A stretch of DNA of 64,000 nucleotides from NCBI GenBank assembly GCA_965202665.1, contig OZ241841.1, positions 1,120,001 to 1,184,000 of the forward strand, read 5' to 3'. The DNA is from Candidatus Spongiisociaceae bacterium (lineage in GTDB: Bacteria > Actinomycetota > Acidimicrobiia > Spongiisociales > Spongiisociaceae). Shown here piece by piece: positions 62,918-64,000 of the stretch. Below the pieces are notes generated by a model. That model ran no database searches. It was not told where the DNA came from and saw only the letters and a list, made by a program, of their open reading frames with translations. Position numbers and translations under genes: made by a program. Positions within the stretch are counted from its first letter, which is position 1; each line of letters starts with the position of its first letter.

Positions 62918-63709
62918 TCAGCGGCCTTGCCAGACTGGGGGGCGTTTTTCGGTGAACGCGCGCGGGCCCTCCTGCGCGTCTTCGGAGGACAGCATCCGCT
63001 GGTAGGACTCCACTTCCCCGGAGCGCATCAACGCCAGCCCGTCCCGTACGTTTAAACCTTCGGTGCGGCGGCGCAGATCCAGCACGGCCTCCACCGCCAA
63101 CGGGGCCATCTCCGCCACTTGGTCGGCCATCTCCCGGGCCGTCTCCAACAGACGCTCCCCCGGAACCACCCGGTTTGCCAAACCGAACTGCAAGGCCTCC
63201 CCGGCGGTGAGCCGCCGTCCCAGAATCAAAACTTCGGTGGCCAAAGCGCGGGGCAGCAGTTTCGGCAAGCACACCGACCCCACATCGGGGATGATCCCGG
63301 CCGCCGTTTCCGGCAGGAAAAACTGCGCGTGGTCGGCCGCTGCCACCAGGTCGGCGCACATCGTCATCTCAAACCCGCCCCCCACCGCCATTCCGTTCAC
63401 CGCCAAAATCACCGGCTTGCGCAAACCGGGCAGTTCCGGGAAACCGCCGAACCCGCCCGGCCCGTAGTCGGACTCGTAGGCCTCCCCTTCGGCGGCCGCC
63501 CCCAAATCCCACCCGGCGGTGAAAAAACGCTCCCCGGCCCCGGTGAAAATGGCCGCCCGCAACTCGGGGTCGTCCCGAAACTCCACGAACGCCTCCCCCA
63601 AAACACGGCTGGTTCGGGCATCGATGGCGTTGGCCTTGGGCCGGTCCAAAGTTATTTCCAAAACGGGACCCCGGCGCGCGGTGCGAACGGCGGAGGCGAT
63701 GTCGCTCAT
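62918..63709 (-). CDS. Enoyl-CoA hydratase / carnitinyl-CoA dehydratase (CaiD-like)
   Basis: ITLDRPKANAID, FFTAGWDL, DYGPGGFGG, AVNGMAVGGGFE, LPE...GIIPD, DAQEGPRAF.EKR.PVWQGR. Confidence 0.9.
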   Translation of the reverse strand: MSDIASAVRTARRGPVLEITLDRPKANAIDARTSRVLGEAFVEFRDDPELRAAIFTGAGERFFTAGWDLGAAAEGEAYESDYGPGGFGGFPELPGLRKPVILAVNGMAVGGGFEMTMCADLVAAADHAQFFLPETAAGIIPDVGSVCLPKLLPRALATEVLILGRRLTAGEALQFGLANRVVPGERLLETAREMADQVAEMAPLAVEAVLDLRRRTEGLNVRDGLALMRSGEVESYQRMLSSEDAQEGPRAFTEKRPPVWQGR

Positions 63710-63742
63710 GACCCCAAGCCTACCCCTCCCCCAAACCTCCGC

Positions 63743-64000
63743 TTACCGGCCAGCGCGGGTTATCAGCGCGTCCACCGCCCACGCCCCGTCGCCGGTTACC
63801 AGCAACGGATTAACCTCCGCCTCTGCAATGTCGGGCCGGGAAGCCACCAACTCCACCAGGCGCACCGCCGCCTCCGCCGCCGCCCGCGCGTCGCCCGCTG
63901 GACCGCCCCGGAAACCGGCCAGCAACCTCCCCACCCGCAGGCCGGCCAAAGCCTCCTCCGCCTCCTCTACGGTCACCGGCGCCGGCAAAGTCACCGCGTC
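63743..64000 (-). CDS. Acetate/acyl-CoA ligase (ADP-forming) ATP-grasp C-terminus, partial
   Basis: LLAGFRGGPAGD, IAEAEVNPLLV, A.AVDALI. Confidence 0.8.
   Translation of the reverse strand, partial: DAVTLPAPVTVEEAEEALAGLRVGRLLAGFRGGPAGDARAAAEAAVRLVELVASRPDIAEAEVNPLLVTGDGAWAVDALITRAGR

Overview
GC-rich bacterial DNA. SLH domains, an IS481 element, BMP-type ABC transport and frequent leaderless promoters point to Actinomycetota, most likely Acidimicrobiia and possibly a host (e.g. sponge) symbiont; this is inference. Half the window is one 31.2-kb minus-strand gene (21275..52471, 10,398 aa) for a predicted giant cell-wall-anchored protein: Sec signal peptide, dozens of Calx-beta-like repeats, four Cys-capped plant-type (LxxLxLxxNxLsGxIP) LRR modules, a Pro/Thr linker and C-terminal SLH domains. 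Its candidate promoter has a 12-nt G/C homopolymer exactly between -35 and -10, suggesting phase variation. To the left are an intact IS481 (6-bp TSD) that splits a small gene, and a divergent nucleoside/5'-modified-pentose catabolic cluster (MtaD-like deaminase, DUF985 cupin, two SDRs, aldolase-SDR fusion; ALDH, MtnA, BMP ABC transporter). A low-GC AlbA_2/HATPase island and several orphans follow. Six small heptad-repeat coiled-coil genes in two subfamilies are scattered through the window, some tandemly duplicated or frameshifted. To the right are HD hydrolase, lipoprotein, Fic, MFS, PQQ sugar dehydrogenase, FadF/Hdr-like Fe-S oxidoreductase, an IS481 relic, CaiD-like hydratase and a partial acyl-CoA ligase. 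No rRNA, tRNA or CRISPR array was seen.
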